Below are positions 19,658-28,273 of a stretch of DNA of 64,000 bases, piece after piece. The position numbers and the translations under genes are program-made. This DNA comes from a virus: the IMG/VR virus record IMGVR_UViG_3300043178_000087; one strand, 5' to 3'. Numbering within the stretch: the first letter of the stretch is position 1; each line of letters starts with the position of its first letter. The notes under the pieces are model-generated. The model was not told the origin of the DNA. It made no database searches and saw only the letters and a list, made by a program, of their open reading frames with translations.

Positions 19658-20409
19658 AGATCAGCTGCATCTGCGTCACGCGGAACCGGCCTGAACGGCT
19701 CAAGCAGGCCATCTCGGACTACTGTGCTCAGACGTGGAAGGACCGGGAACTCGTCATCGTGGCTGACGGCCGTGGGGCGGATCGGCTGTGGCTATCGGAC
19801 TACGTGAAGAGTCTGCGCCGCGACGACATCCACCTCTGCTTTCCGCCGCCTTACCCGCACTACAGCAGGCTCAAGAACGTCGCCTTGGCCATGGCGACCG
19901 GGGATATCCTCTGCCTCTGGGACGACGATGACCGGTACCACCCCAGACGGCTTGAACTGCAGCTTGAGGATATGCTGGCCAAGGGCTCGGACGTTTCGTA
20001 TCTGGGGGAACACCTCGTGCTGTTCCAGGACACCGGCGAACTGTTCTGGATGGAGTGGCCTCGCGGAGCACATACAGGAACCATGATGTGCCGCCGGTGG
20101 GTGTCCCCGAGGTACAGCGAGGAGCTGGACCCCAACCTTGGAGAGCGCGGGCGGGACATGGATCTGGCAAACGCCCTTCGGTTGAGATGCCGGGTCTCTG
20201 TGGCTCGTGGCTTCGGTTACGCCTATGCCTACGTCTGGCACGGCAATAACATGTGGGAGCGGAACAAGTTCTACGAGGCGGCCAAGGCCGGGGCGCTGTC
20301 GGCCTCATACCTGAAGACGCTTCCTACGGCGGCCCTTGGGGAATACCTGCCCACGCCTGCCGCGCTGACGTGCCGGGACGGAGAAAAGCTGGAGGTTGAA
20401 CCGGGGTAG
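19654..20409 (+). CDS. GT2 glycosyltransferase (paralog of 16922)
   Basis: ISCICVTRNR..LVIVADG..GDILCLWDDDDRYHP. Confidence 0.85.
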   Translation: MKISCICVTRNRPERLKQAISDYCAQTWKDRELVIVADGRGADRLWLSDYVKSLRRDDIHLCFPPPYPHYSRLKNVALAMATGDILCLWDDDDRYHPRRLELQLEDMLAKGSDVSYLGEHLVLFQDTGELFWMEWPRGAHTGTMMCRRWVSPRYSEELDPNLGERGRDMDLANALRLRCRVSVARGFGYAYAYVWHGNNMWERNKFYEAAKAGALSASYLKTLPTAALGEYLPTPAALTCRDGEKLEVEPG

Positions 20410-20424
20410 CCTGTCGGGTATACT
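20396..20424 (+). promoter_or_regulatory. Sigma70-like promoter TTGAAC-17-TATACT
   Basis: Upstream of the 20458 operon; the palindrome begins 5 nt downstream. Confidence 0.55.
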
Positions 20425-20428
20425 GGGA

Positions 20429-20445
20429 ACTGCATACTGTGCAGT
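20429..20445. promoter_or_regulatory. Palindrome copy 3 ACTGCA-TACTG-TGCAGT
   Basis: Intergenic, overlapping the predicted transcription start. Confidence 0.7.
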
Positions 20446-20457
20446 CTGGAGAGAGGC

Positions 20458-21078
20458 ATGGCGTTCCGAGACGACTTCGGGGGAACTGCACTCAGAGCTG
20501 ATTGGCAGACGGCCATCGAGCCGTCCGACGATCCCAACGCCTTGATCGTCAGCGGCAGCACTGTCGCCTTGAAGAGCGGCGTGACACCCAACCAGTTCCG
20601 GTACTTCGCTCTGGGGCTCGGAGCCCAGCGGCGGGTGGCCCAGCTCAACTTCCTCTTCAAGCTTTCGGCTCGCGGTCCGAACATGACGTGGTTTGGCGGC
20701 TTGTTCGACAATCAGGATCCCAGAGCGGCTACTTCTTGGGCGGCATGGCGCTGGAGCGGCTCATCTCTTCCCACTGTGGCCTTTGCGGAGACCAATATGG
20801 GGGGAGCTTCGGAGGGGTTCGGTGTTAATCGGACCGTATCTACGTCCGTCATTGCTTCCTCCTACTACGTCTACCTGGACACCGCAATGGCCAACTTCCG
20901 GCAGGGCGGCGTGTCGTTCCCGCCCACGACAGACATCGTCAGCTATTACACGCACATCCCTGACGCCCAGCAGAACCTCTGGATGGTGTTCGGGGTGCTG
21001 AACGGCCCGACGGCTCCGGCCACCTCTCAGACCATGACCATCGACGTGGTCGAGTTCTCCGATTCGGTGATGACCTAA
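20458..21078 (+). CDS. Putative virion protein
   Basis: Beta-rich ORF, first of a coupled run. Confidence 0.5.
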   Translation: MAFRDDFGGTALRADWQTAIEPSDDPNALIVSGSTVALKSGVTPNQFRYFALGLGAQRRVAQLNFLFKLSARGPNMTWFGGLFDNQDPRAATSWAAWRWSGSSLPTVAFAETNMGGASEGFGVNRTVSTSVIASSYYVYLDTAMANFRQGGVSFPPTTDIVSYYTHIPDAQQNLWMVFGVLNGPTAPATSQTMTIDVVEFSDSVMT

Positions 21079-21467
21079 TGGCCCAGAGGACGGTTTTCGC
21101 CCAGAAGGCCTCCCCCAGCGGGGTGGAGGAGATCATGAATGACGGCATCGCCGTAGGTGCCAGCGTCGGGCAGTTCACCGTCAATCAGGGCGACGTGTTC
21201 AATCTTTCCAGCTTGTTCGTAATCACGGAGCGCGTGAGCCCGAACATCACCCGTTTCCGCGTTCGCCGGGCGTCCAACGCCGCCCTTGCGGCGCAGGAAA
21301 TATACTTCATGGTGTCCATCACCGGGCCGACCTCCACCGAGTACGGCCTGAGCGAACCCCGGGCTCTTCCGGCCGGTACGTACAACATTACGGTGGAGCA
21401 GCCGGGGACGGCCCCCAAGGCTTTGGCGTCTCTTCAGGTGGTCGGAGCCGGAAACGCGAGGCAGTAG
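21078..21467 (+). CDS. Hypothetical (putative virion) protein
   Basis: TAATG coupling with the upstream gene. Confidence 0.55.
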   Translation: MAQRTVFAQKASPSGVEEIMNDGIAVGASVGQFTVNQGDVFNLSSLFVITERVSPNITRFRVRRASNAALAAQEIYFMVSITGPTSTEYGLSEPRALPAGTYNITVEQPGTAPKALASLQVVGAGNARQ

Positions 21468-21470
21468 GCG

Positions 21471-21860
21471 ATGGCTACCACGTATCCGCTTCCTACGTGG
21501 CTGTCCGGCACGGCGGGGCCGGTTACGGCGGCGGAGGCGGTCGTCCTGTTCGGCGGAAGCCATACGACGACGTCAGCCAGCTTCATCGTGGTGGCGCAGG
21601 CAGTGCTGGATCTGGACAAGTTCTCGGCCCCGCTTGCCATGTACTGGAACCAGTCGACTGTTCCTGGCGGAACAGCTATTGTTGAGCTTCTGGACGTGAC
21701 GGGTTCTTCGACGCTGGCCTCCTTGGTGGTCAGCAGCACCGGTATAATGTCGGCATCGGTGACCAATCCCGGCGGGGTTAGATTGCTGCAGGTTAGGCAG
21801 CGGAGAGTGGCGGCACCTGGATCGACGACGATCCAAGGCGTGACGCTCATCGGAGGATAG
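21471..21860 (+). CDS. Hypothetical (putative virion) protein
   Basis: C-terminus resembles that of 21865 (A.V.LQ.ITD.T.LGSL..STTG..S.SVTNP.G..L..LQ.R). Confidence 0.55.
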   Translation: MATTYPLPTWLSGTAGPVTAAEAVVLFGGSHTTTSASFIVVAQAVLDLDKFSAPLAMYWNQSTVPGGTAIVELLDVTGSSTLASLVVSSTGIMSASVTNPGGVRLLQVRQRRVAAPGSTTIQGVTLIGG

Positions 21861-21864
21861 GGAA

Positions 21865-22881
21865 ATGCCTGAAATCTTCGTAGACGGTATCGTGACGAGC
21901 AACCTGAGCGTCGATGGGATCGACGTCACCGACCACTCCGCACGTCACGAGTTCGGCGGGGCTGACGTGGTCAACGTCAACAACCTGTCAGGCACGCTGG
22001 CGGACGCCCAGAAGATCGCCGTCCAGTCCGGCGGAACGTTGATCGGAACTCGCTCCACGATCAACTTCGTATCCGGCGCTACCGTCGTAGACAACGGCGG
22101 CAGCAACCGGGTCGACATCACCATCTCGGGCGGCGGTGGGACTCTGGACATCCAGGAGGATGGATCTACGGTCGTGACCGGGGCTACCATCATCAACTTC
22201 CAGAACGGTATCATCGCCGCATCGGGCGGCGGCACGACCGGCAACATCAACCTTGATTACGGCCCGACCGGAAGCGTCATCACCATCCAGCCCGACGCTA
22301 CGGCAGACGGAGGTACTTCTGCGCAGGTGGCCCGGGTCGACCACCGCCACGCCATCGTGGCGGACACGGCCGTCGAGATCACGGACGCCACCAACAGCGA
22401 GGGCGTCAGCACGTCGTTCGCCCGTGCGGATCACGGTCATGCGCACGGAAATCGCGGCGGCGGTACCCTGCATGCAGCTGCGACGACCTCGGTTGCCGGA
22501 TTCATGTCTGCCGCAGACAAAACCAAGTTGGACAACACCTTCACGTCGGAGATGGTGCCGATTTTTACAGGCTTGCACTCGGCCAATGGTGATACCTTCA
22601 TCACGGTGGCCCGACAGGTGGTGAACTTCGACAAGCTTGGGACCTCCATCACCTTCCGATGGAATCAGGTGGCGGTACCTGCCAACAACGCCGAAGTCCG
22701 TATCCAAAACATCACGGACGCCACGACGCTGGGATCGCTCACCGGCATCTCCACCACGGGCCTCAAGTCGTTCTCGGTGACTAACCCGACCGGAACCAAG
22801 CTGATCTATCTGCAGCACCGGGAAGTCGTGGCTGGTGCTGGCACCTCCGACATCGAAGGCGGGATTCTGGAGACCGCGTAA
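21865..22881 (+). CDS. Fibre-like virion protein
   Basis: Repeats Q.DG.TV...TINF..G and AR.DH.H.HG..GG.LH. Confidence 0.6.
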   Translation: MPEIFVDGIVTSNLSVDGIDVTDHSARHEFGGADVVNVNNLSGTLADAQKIAVQSGGTLIGTRSTINFVSGATVVDNGGSNRVDITISGGGGTLDIQEDGSTVVTGATIINFQNGIIAASGGGTTGNINLDYGPTGSVITIQPDATADGGTSAQVARVDHRHAIVADTAVEITDATNSEGVSTSFARADHGHAHGNRGGGTLHAAATTSVAGFMSAADKTKLDNTFTSEMVPIFTGLHSANGDTFITVARQVVNFDKLGTSITFRWNQVAVPANNAEVRIQNITDATTLGSLTGISTTGLKSFSVTNPTGTKLIYLQHREVVAGAGTSDIEGGILETA

Positions 22882-23871
22882 ATGGCGCAGATCTTCGACG
22901 CCGTCCAGACGACCAGCCTTAGCGTCGACGGGGTTGACGTCACGAGTCATGCGCTCCGGCATGAAGTGGGCGGTCTTGACCCGCTCAACCTTGTCGGGCT
23001 CTCGGGTCTTCTGGCGGACCCGCAGAAGGTCACTTTGCAGGATGACGGCTCCACGGTCAACGCACGCCCCACCATCAACTTTGTGGGGGCAGGCGTCACG
23101 GTCACGGACGATGGCGGGAACAGCCGCATCAACGTCATCATCCCCGGCGGCGGAAGCGGTATCACGGTTCAGGAGAACGGTTCGACGGTAGAGTCTGCCG
23201 CCACGACCTTGAACTTTCAGGACGGAATCGTAGCCACGTCCGGCGGCTCGAACATCGCGAACCTGAACATCGACTACGGAACATCGACCCAGCCGCTGGG
23301 GACCGCCGCTGCAGGTACGGCGGTCACCCTGTCCAGATCGGATCACGTTCACTCCCACGGAGATCAGGCGGGAGGAACGCTGCACCCGGTGGCGACCACC
23401 AGCACGGCAGGATTCATGTCGGCGACGGACAAGCAGAAGATCGACAACATCAATCCTAACGGCGGTCTCGTCAGCCAGGCGGCGTTCGTAGAACAGACGG
23501 CGATCTTCACCACAAGTTCCACTACGTATATCGCTTTTTTGACGACCACGTTTACGACATCGTCGACGGCCTCCCACCTGTTCGTCAACTTCACTGCGGG
23601 GCATCAGTCCAGCAACTCGAACTCCATCAATTATTTCGCTTTGTACTTGAACGGAACGTTTGTCAGGTCCTGCGGTGTTCGCGTGTCGTCGTCCGGCGCT
23701 CCGCAGCCTGCTTCTTTGGTGTACCGGGTTTCCGCCACACCGTCGACTTCGACCACGGTCGAGATCCGGGCGAGGACGTCCAACGGTACCATGACCATCA
23801 ATCCGTACGACGGGACTACCGGCACTGACGGGCACCACGCCAGCTTGCTGGTGACGGAGATCTCGACGTAA
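22882..23871 (+). CDS. Fibre-like virion protein, paralog of 21865 with a different C-terminus
   Basis: Shared N-terminal ~190 aa; divergent Ser/Thr-rich C-terminus. Confidence 0.6.
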   Translation: MAQIFDAVQTTSLSVDGVDVTSHALRHEVGGLDPLNLVGLSGLLADPQKVTLQDDGSTVNARPTINFVGAGVTVTDDGGNSRINVIIPGGGSGITVQENGSTVESAATTLNFQDGIVATSGGSNIANLNIDYGTSTQPLGTAAAGTAVTLSRSDHVHSHGDQAGGTLHPVATTSTAGFMSATDKQKIDNINPNGGLVSQAAFVEQTAIFTTSSTTYIAFLTTTFTTSSTASHLFVNFTAGHQSSNSNSINYFALYLNGTFVRSCGVRVSSSGAPQPASLVYRVSATPSTSTTVEIRARTSNGTMTINPYDGTTGTDGHHASLLVTEIST

Positions 23872-24371
23872 TGTCCGTAGCTTATGATTTCTCCGTCTCG
23901 GGCGATTTCCCCACCGGCCGGGTCAGAGCGGACCTCTTGCAGAAGCAGGTTAACGACGATTCGGCCATTTCCGTGGATTGTCAGCACGTCACCACGAACG
24001 GCGACGTGTGCTCCGTGGTTTTTGCGTCGGCTTTGAGCGGCCCGCAGGAGACCGCGTTGGATGCGGTGGTCGCGGCTCACAATCCCGGAAACGGGATCTT
24101 GGCCGCCAAGAACTACTTCATCAGAACGTTTCACGCCTCCACCACATTGCCGGGCGTGGATACGTGGTACACCACGATGGACGCCCAGACTTACGCGTAC
24201 AGCAATCCGGCAGAACAGACCACGTACACGTACGACGCGCAAGATCAACTCCTCCAGCGTGTGCTGAAGGCGTATACCACCGACGGGGTCGTCTGGACGG
24301 AGGTGAAGTACCTCTACTTCACCGACCCTGACACCGGCGACCGCGTCATGCACAAGGAGGATGTCCTGTGA
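23871..24371 (+). CDS. Hypothetical protein
   Basis: Coupled ORF. Confidence 0.55.
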   Translation: MSVAYDFSVSGDFPTGRVRADLLQKQVNDDSAISVDCQHVTTNGDVCSVVFASALSGPQETALDAVVAAHNPGNGILAAKNYFIRTFHASTTLPGVDTWYTTMDAQTYAYSNPAEQTTYTYDAQDQLLQRVLKAYTTDGVVWTEVKYLYFTDPDTGDRVMHKEDVL

Positions 24372-25063
24372 GCAACCCCATTCCTGGAATTCCGTTGATC
24401 TCCGATGTCAAGATCCGTCAGACTGTCGCGTCCAAGGGATTCCGTACCCGATGCGGGTACATGTTGGTGGCGGCCGCCAGTACCCGCACGTTTCTTGACG
24501 TCAGCCTTCCGTATGCAGTGGATCTTGTCCAGGGCGACTACTTCGTTCCCAGTGGAGCCAGCCTTGAGAATCGTCTGTGGGTGGAAATCGCGCCCAATAC
24601 CAACCTTGCGCTGCTCGTACCAGGCGCCGGGATTTCCGCTAACGTCGCGGCCGGGGACACTCACGTGGCGCTCAATGCGCAGGCGGCCGCCGCTTTGACG
24701 GCATTTCTGACATCTGGAGGTGTCACGCAGACAGATGAAGTCTGGTTCCGGCTTACTTCGGTACCGGGAAATGTCACGGATTTTACCGCCCTCAAGAAAG
24801 CCAAATGGGATTCGGCCAATAGCAGGTTGGTCGCATACGCAGGGGCGGCTTTTGGCCTTACGGCCGCGGCCGGTGACGCGCTGTACGTTACGGTCAGATT
24901 CGAGGATGGGACCTATTTGGCCAAGAACGAGTTCGTAGAGATTGGAGCTGAGATCCTTGGGTCCAGCTCGCTCCCTGCGAATACCCCTATCCGATTCATC
25001 GTGGAAAACGCAGATACCGCCCAAGTCAAAATCGGATTCAATCTTACCTACCTCCATAGTTAG
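24368..25063 (+). CDS. Hypothetical protein
   Basis: Coupled ORF; appears lower in GC3. Confidence 0.55.
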   Translation: MSNPIPGIPLISDVKIRQTVASKGFRTRCGYMLVAAASTRTFLDVSLPYAVDLVQGDYFVPSGASLENRLWVEIAPNTNLALLVPGAGISANVAAGDTHVALNAQAAAALTAFLTSGGVTQTDEVWFRLTSVPGNVTDFTALKKAKWDSANSRLVAYAGAAFGLTAAAGDALYVTVRFEDGTYLAKNEFVEIGAEILGSSSLPANTPIRFIVENADTAQVKIGFNLTYLHS

Positions 25064-25085
25064 GCGTAGCGCGGAAGGAGGGAAG

Positions 25086-25601
25086 ATGAAGGGCACAATC
25101 GGCTTTTGCACCAAACGGGCTAATTGGGTGTCGCGGATCATCCGCTGGTTCACCTGCAGCCGGTGGAGCCACACGTACGTCATCCGGCAGAACACCCCTG
25201 ACATCCTTGTTCTTGAGGCGTCCAAGTTTCAGGTACAGATCGTTCCAATTACCAAGTACGAAAGCCGCAAGTACAAGAACGTGTTCTTCCTGCCGGACGG
25301 TTACAAGCCCGAGGACATCGACCGTGGGCTGGAACGGGCCGGAGCCAAAATCGAGCAGCACTACGGGTGGCTGCAGATCCTCGGGTTCATACCGGTCATC
25401 ATTGCCCGCCGGTTGTTGGGCATGAAGATCAAGAACGTTGCCAGGGGCGGCGTGGTCTGCTCGGAGCTGGTCTTGCAGTACCTCAAGGGGCTGGATCCAG
25501 AAGGGCCGTGGAAGATTCTGCAGAAGGACACCACCTCGCCGGAGGACCTTCACCAGCTCCTCTTCAACTGTGCCCGGTTCAAGAAGGTGGAATCGCTATA
25601 G
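25086..25601 (+). CDS. Permuted papain-like NlpC/P60 (YiiX-like) peptidase
   Basis: WSH near the N-terminus, LEA, Y..L, CSELV near the C-terminus (His before Cys). Confidence 0.75.
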   Translation: MKGTIGFCTKRANWVSRIIRWFTCSRWSHTYVIRQNTPDILVLEASKFQVQIVPITKYESRKYKNVFFLPDGYKPEDIDRGLERAGAKIEQHYGWLQILGFIPVIIARRLLGMKIKNVARGGVVCSELVLQYLKGLDPEGPWKILQKDTTSPEDLHQLLFNCARFKKVESL

Positions 25602-25604
25602 GTA

Positions 25605-25633
25605 TTGGAAAAAGCACCGGATTTGGGTATAAT
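25605..25633 (+). promoter_or_regulatory. Promoter TTGGAA-17-TATAAT
   Basis: Upstream of 25676, which has a GGAGG RBS. Confidence 0.5.
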
Positions 25634-25675
25634 CTGGTGCGTTGGTAGTAGTCTTAGGATTGGAGGGAGGCTAAC

Positions 25676-26086
25676 ATGGCGAACGCACTTCTTCGCAACG
25701 TCACGGTTCAGGACTACGCGGGCAACAACCGCTCCGTCGAGATGACGGACTTCGTTCAGGACCAGCAGGACGTCATCGGCATCCTGCAGGCTCAGGTCTG
25801 TCAGGAGGTCAAGGCGGGTGGCGCTCCGGCCGCCACGACGACGCTCCGTCACGAGGTGTCGGCGAGCCCGGAGAGCCCCTCGGGCGTTCAGTCCATCCTC
25901 GCGTTCGTGACGGCGACCGGCGCTCCGGCGGCCAAGACGCTGCTGGCGCTGACGACCGACTACACGGTCAGCGGGAACACGATCACGTGGGTGACGGACC
26001 AGTCCGCCAACACGGTCGTGATCTCCTACCACCCGAGCCTGAACGCGCAGATCAGCGACTTCAAGGCGGTCTTCCCCGCTCGCTAG
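25676..26086 (+). CDS. Hypothetical, probably highly expressed protein
   Basis: Very high GC3; own promoter; followed by a hairpin (~26111-26147). Confidence 0.65.
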   Translation: MANALLRNVTVQDYAGNNRSVEMTDFVQDQQDVIGILQAQVCQEVKAGGAPAATTTLRHEVSASPESPSGVQSILAFVTATGAPAAKTLLALTTDYTVSGNTITWVTDQSANTVVISYHPSLNAQISDFKAVFPAR

Positions 26087-26157
26087 CCGCCTGACCAGAA
26101 CTTCAGGGTGGGTGCTCCTGCCGGGAATCCCGACGGGGGCACCCACCTGCGGACTGG

Positions 26158-26403
26158 ATGATGCGCAAGCTTGCTCCTGTCCTGGCTCTCTGCCTTTCCG
26201 CCTGCGCCATCGCAGACCGGAGCGACAAGTTCGGAGCCAGTCTGGACATCGGAGTAGGCGGGATCATCGGCTACATCGCCGACGTTCGGTTCAAGGCGGA
26301 CGTTGGATTCTCGAAGACCTGCACACACGATGAGGAGGGTGCCCGTGGAGAAGACCAAGACGCTGGCCATCACGCTGCTGATGCTATCGGGCACTTTCTT
26401 TAG
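26158..26403 (+). CDS. Small lipoprotein
   Basis: MMRKLAPVLALCLSA-C lipobox. Confidence 0.6.
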   Translation: MMRKLAPVLALCLSACAIADRSDKFGASLDIGVGGIIGYIADVRFKADVGFSKTCTHDEEGARGEDQDAGHHAADAIGHFL

Positions 26404-26911
26404 CTACGGTTGCACGACCGCGCAGCGCAAGGAGCTGATGGACGAGGCTTTGGCCAATGCCAAGGCATACGTTGCCGAGAACAGCAAGGAGATCCTTGCC
26501 AAGGCCGCCGCCAAGGCTGAGGAGATCGCCAACGCCAAGATCAAGGAAGCGGAGAACAAGAAGCTGGGCGAGTTGGATGCCGCCCTCTCCAATCTTGCCG
26601 TTGTGACCAAAGACCCCGATACGGGCATCGAGACCCGTTCGGTCAAGTCGTGGAAGGACTTCGACGAGGATAAGAACAGCACCTTGTCCGAGGGCGAGAT
26701 CGTCAAGGCAGGTGCGTGGATTACGGCGGAAACGGCCCGCCGCGTGGCGTCCGGCCAGATGTCCAAGGACGCAGCCAAGAATACCGGCGCAGCCGCAGGA
26801 ACGGCCCTTGCCGCCCTTCTGGCGCTGGCTTTGGCCAAGCGTGGGGTGGCGGCGGTGGCCAAGAAAACCAACCCCACTCCTCCCGCCGGTGGCGGCGGCA
26901 CAACGACGTAG
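26345..26911 (+). CDS. Membrane/lipoprotein with EF-hand-like loop and C-terminal TM helix
   Basis: Signal-like N-terminus ending YGC, helical linker, DEDKNSTLSEGE, then ALAALLALALAKR. Confidence 0.55.
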   Translation: MEKTKTLAITLLMLSGTFFSYGCTTAQRKELMDEALANAKAYVAENSKEILAKAAAKAEEIANAKIKEAENKKLGELDAALSNLAVVTKDPDTGIETRSVKSWKDFDEDKNSTLSEGEIVKAGAWITAETARRVASGQMSKDAAKNTGAAAGTALAALLALALAKRGVAAVAKKTNPTPPAGGGGTTT

Positions 26912-26932
26912 TTTATAGAGGGGGAGGTTCAG

Positions 26933-27235
26933 ATGGACCCGTCCATGCTCATGGGTCTCACGCCTGACTTCTCTGATCCCACCGCTTTCGGCATCGACGC
27001 CGCCATGGTCGGCCTCGTGAATGAGGGGACTAACAGGGTCAAGGAGTACCTCGAAACGGTCAGCTGGGATGACCCGTTTGCTCGGTTCTACTTCCTCATC
27101 CCCTTCGGTGTGGCTTTTGCCCTTTGCTACTTCTTGCGGCCTTCGTTGACAGAAGCCTTGACCGACTCCGTAAAGTACGGCCTGTGGGCCACGTTTGCGT
27201 GGCAGGCGTATAGAGTGGGCCTGAAGAACAAGTAG
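26933..27235 (+). CDS. Holin-like membrane protein
   Basis: 2-3 hydrophobic segments and a basic C-terminus. Confidence 0.45.
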   Translation: MDPSMLMGLTPDFSDPTAFGIDAAMVGLVNEGTNRVKEYLETVSWDDPFARFYFLIPFGVAFALCYFLRPSLTEALTDSVKYGLWATFAWQAYRVGLKNK

Positions 27236-27321
27236 GAGAACGCAAAGAACGAGGTTGGGCTCAACTTTTTGACCGGGGGTTGGGCGTGGGAAACGGAGAG
27301 ACGAGCAGCAGGAGAGAGCAG

Positions 27322-27699
27322 ATGCCCCCGAACAGTAACCTTGAGCAGCAGCTTGGCGAGATCAACGGACAGCTGAAAATGCTCGTACCGGCTTTGGAGA
27401 ATCTAGGCGACCAGCAGACCGAGATGGGCAAGGAACTGGCCGTGACCAAGACCGTCGCGGAAAATACCGCGAAGCAGCTCGATCAGCACCGGGAATCCTC
27501 TGGCGACCGGTTTGCTGCCTTGAACGATGAGGCGCGCGGTTTGAATCAGACCGCCATCAACATGGCCAAAGAGATTCAGGCCCTCAAGGAGAAGGTCGAG
27601 CAGAAGGAGAAGCGCGGCTGGGAAATCGCCCTGATCTTCCTCTCGGGAATCATCGGGGCGGCCCTTACGTGGCTGGCCGGACGACTCAAGCTCTCGTAA
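27322..27699 (+). CDS. Coiled-coil protein with C-terminal TM helix (holin/XhlA-like architecture)
   Basis: Heptad repeats, then WEIALIFLSGIIGAALTWLA. Confidence 0.55.
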   Translation: MPPNSNLEQQLGEINGQLKMLVPALENLGDQQTEMGKELAVTKTVAENTAKQLDQHRESSGDRFAALNDEARGLNQTAINMAKEIQALKEKVEQKEKRGWEIALIFLSGIIGAALTWLAGRLKLS

Positions 27700-27710
27700 A
27701 GGAACGGCGT

Positions 27711-28169
27711 ATGACCAACAAGACCGTCCTCGTCGTGGAAGATGAGCACCCCATCCGGGACGTCATGATGTGGGCTCTTCAGCGTCGGGATTACGACGTT
27801 CTTGTCACCGAAAACGCGGAAGAAGCCCTGCCGCTTGTGGAAAAAGCCGACCTGGTTTTGCTCAACCTTCGGCTGCCGGGAATGCACGGCGATCAGTTCA
27901 TCGAAAAAGTCCGCGCCTCGGGGAATTTTACGCCCATGATCGTGGTGACGGCCACCCCGTTGGAAGACAATATGAGGGCCAAGCTTGACCAGCTCAAGAT
28001 CGTGGACTGGGTTTCCAAGCCGTTCTCCACGGCGGATCTCATGAAGAGGGTGGAGAAAGCCCTCAATGTTTCCGAGGCCATCACCTCCCTGTCCGGGTAC
28101 GCGCAACGCCTCAAGAACTTCATCGCACGTCAGGAAACCCGCGCACATCGCGCTGCCGGGTTGATGTAG
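27711..28169 (+). CDS. Response-regulator receiver domain lacking the phospho-acceptor Asp
   Basis: VLVVEDE..DLVLLNLRLPGMHG..IVVTA..KPF. Confidence 0.85.
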   Translation: MTNKTVLVVEDEHPIRDVMMWALQRRDYDVLVTENAEEALPLVEKADLVLLNLRLPGMHGDQFIEKVRASGNFTPMIVVTATPLEDNMRAKLDQLKIVDWVSKPFSTADLMKRVEKALNVSEAITSLSGYAQRLKNFIARQETRAHRAAGLM

Positions 28170-28175
28170 AGCTTC

Positions 28176-28226
28176 GGGTCCGGGGCTCTTTAAGCTTGAA
28201 CACCCTCTCTCGTCAGCCCCGGACCC
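28176..28226 (+). terminator. Large-loop hairpin at the late/early boundary
   Basis: GGGTCCGGGGCT / AGCCCCGGACCC 12-bp stem, followed by a short T run. Confidence 0.45.
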
Positions 28227-28240
28227 TTTCGGCGGCATAG

Positions 28241-28268
28241 TTGACAAATTTCACGCCGTAGACATAAT
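28241..28268 (+). promoter_or_regulatory. Early-type promoter TTGACA-16-CATAAT (leaderless)
   Basis: ATG lies 5 nt after the -10 box. Confidence 0.8.
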
Positions 28269-28273
28269 ATAGC

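Noticed and set aside
1-20409. GT cluster as a DNA hypermodification pathway
   Set aside because: No hydroxymethylase, thymidylate synthase or nucleotide kinase partner is nearby, and the context is structural. Not fully excluded.
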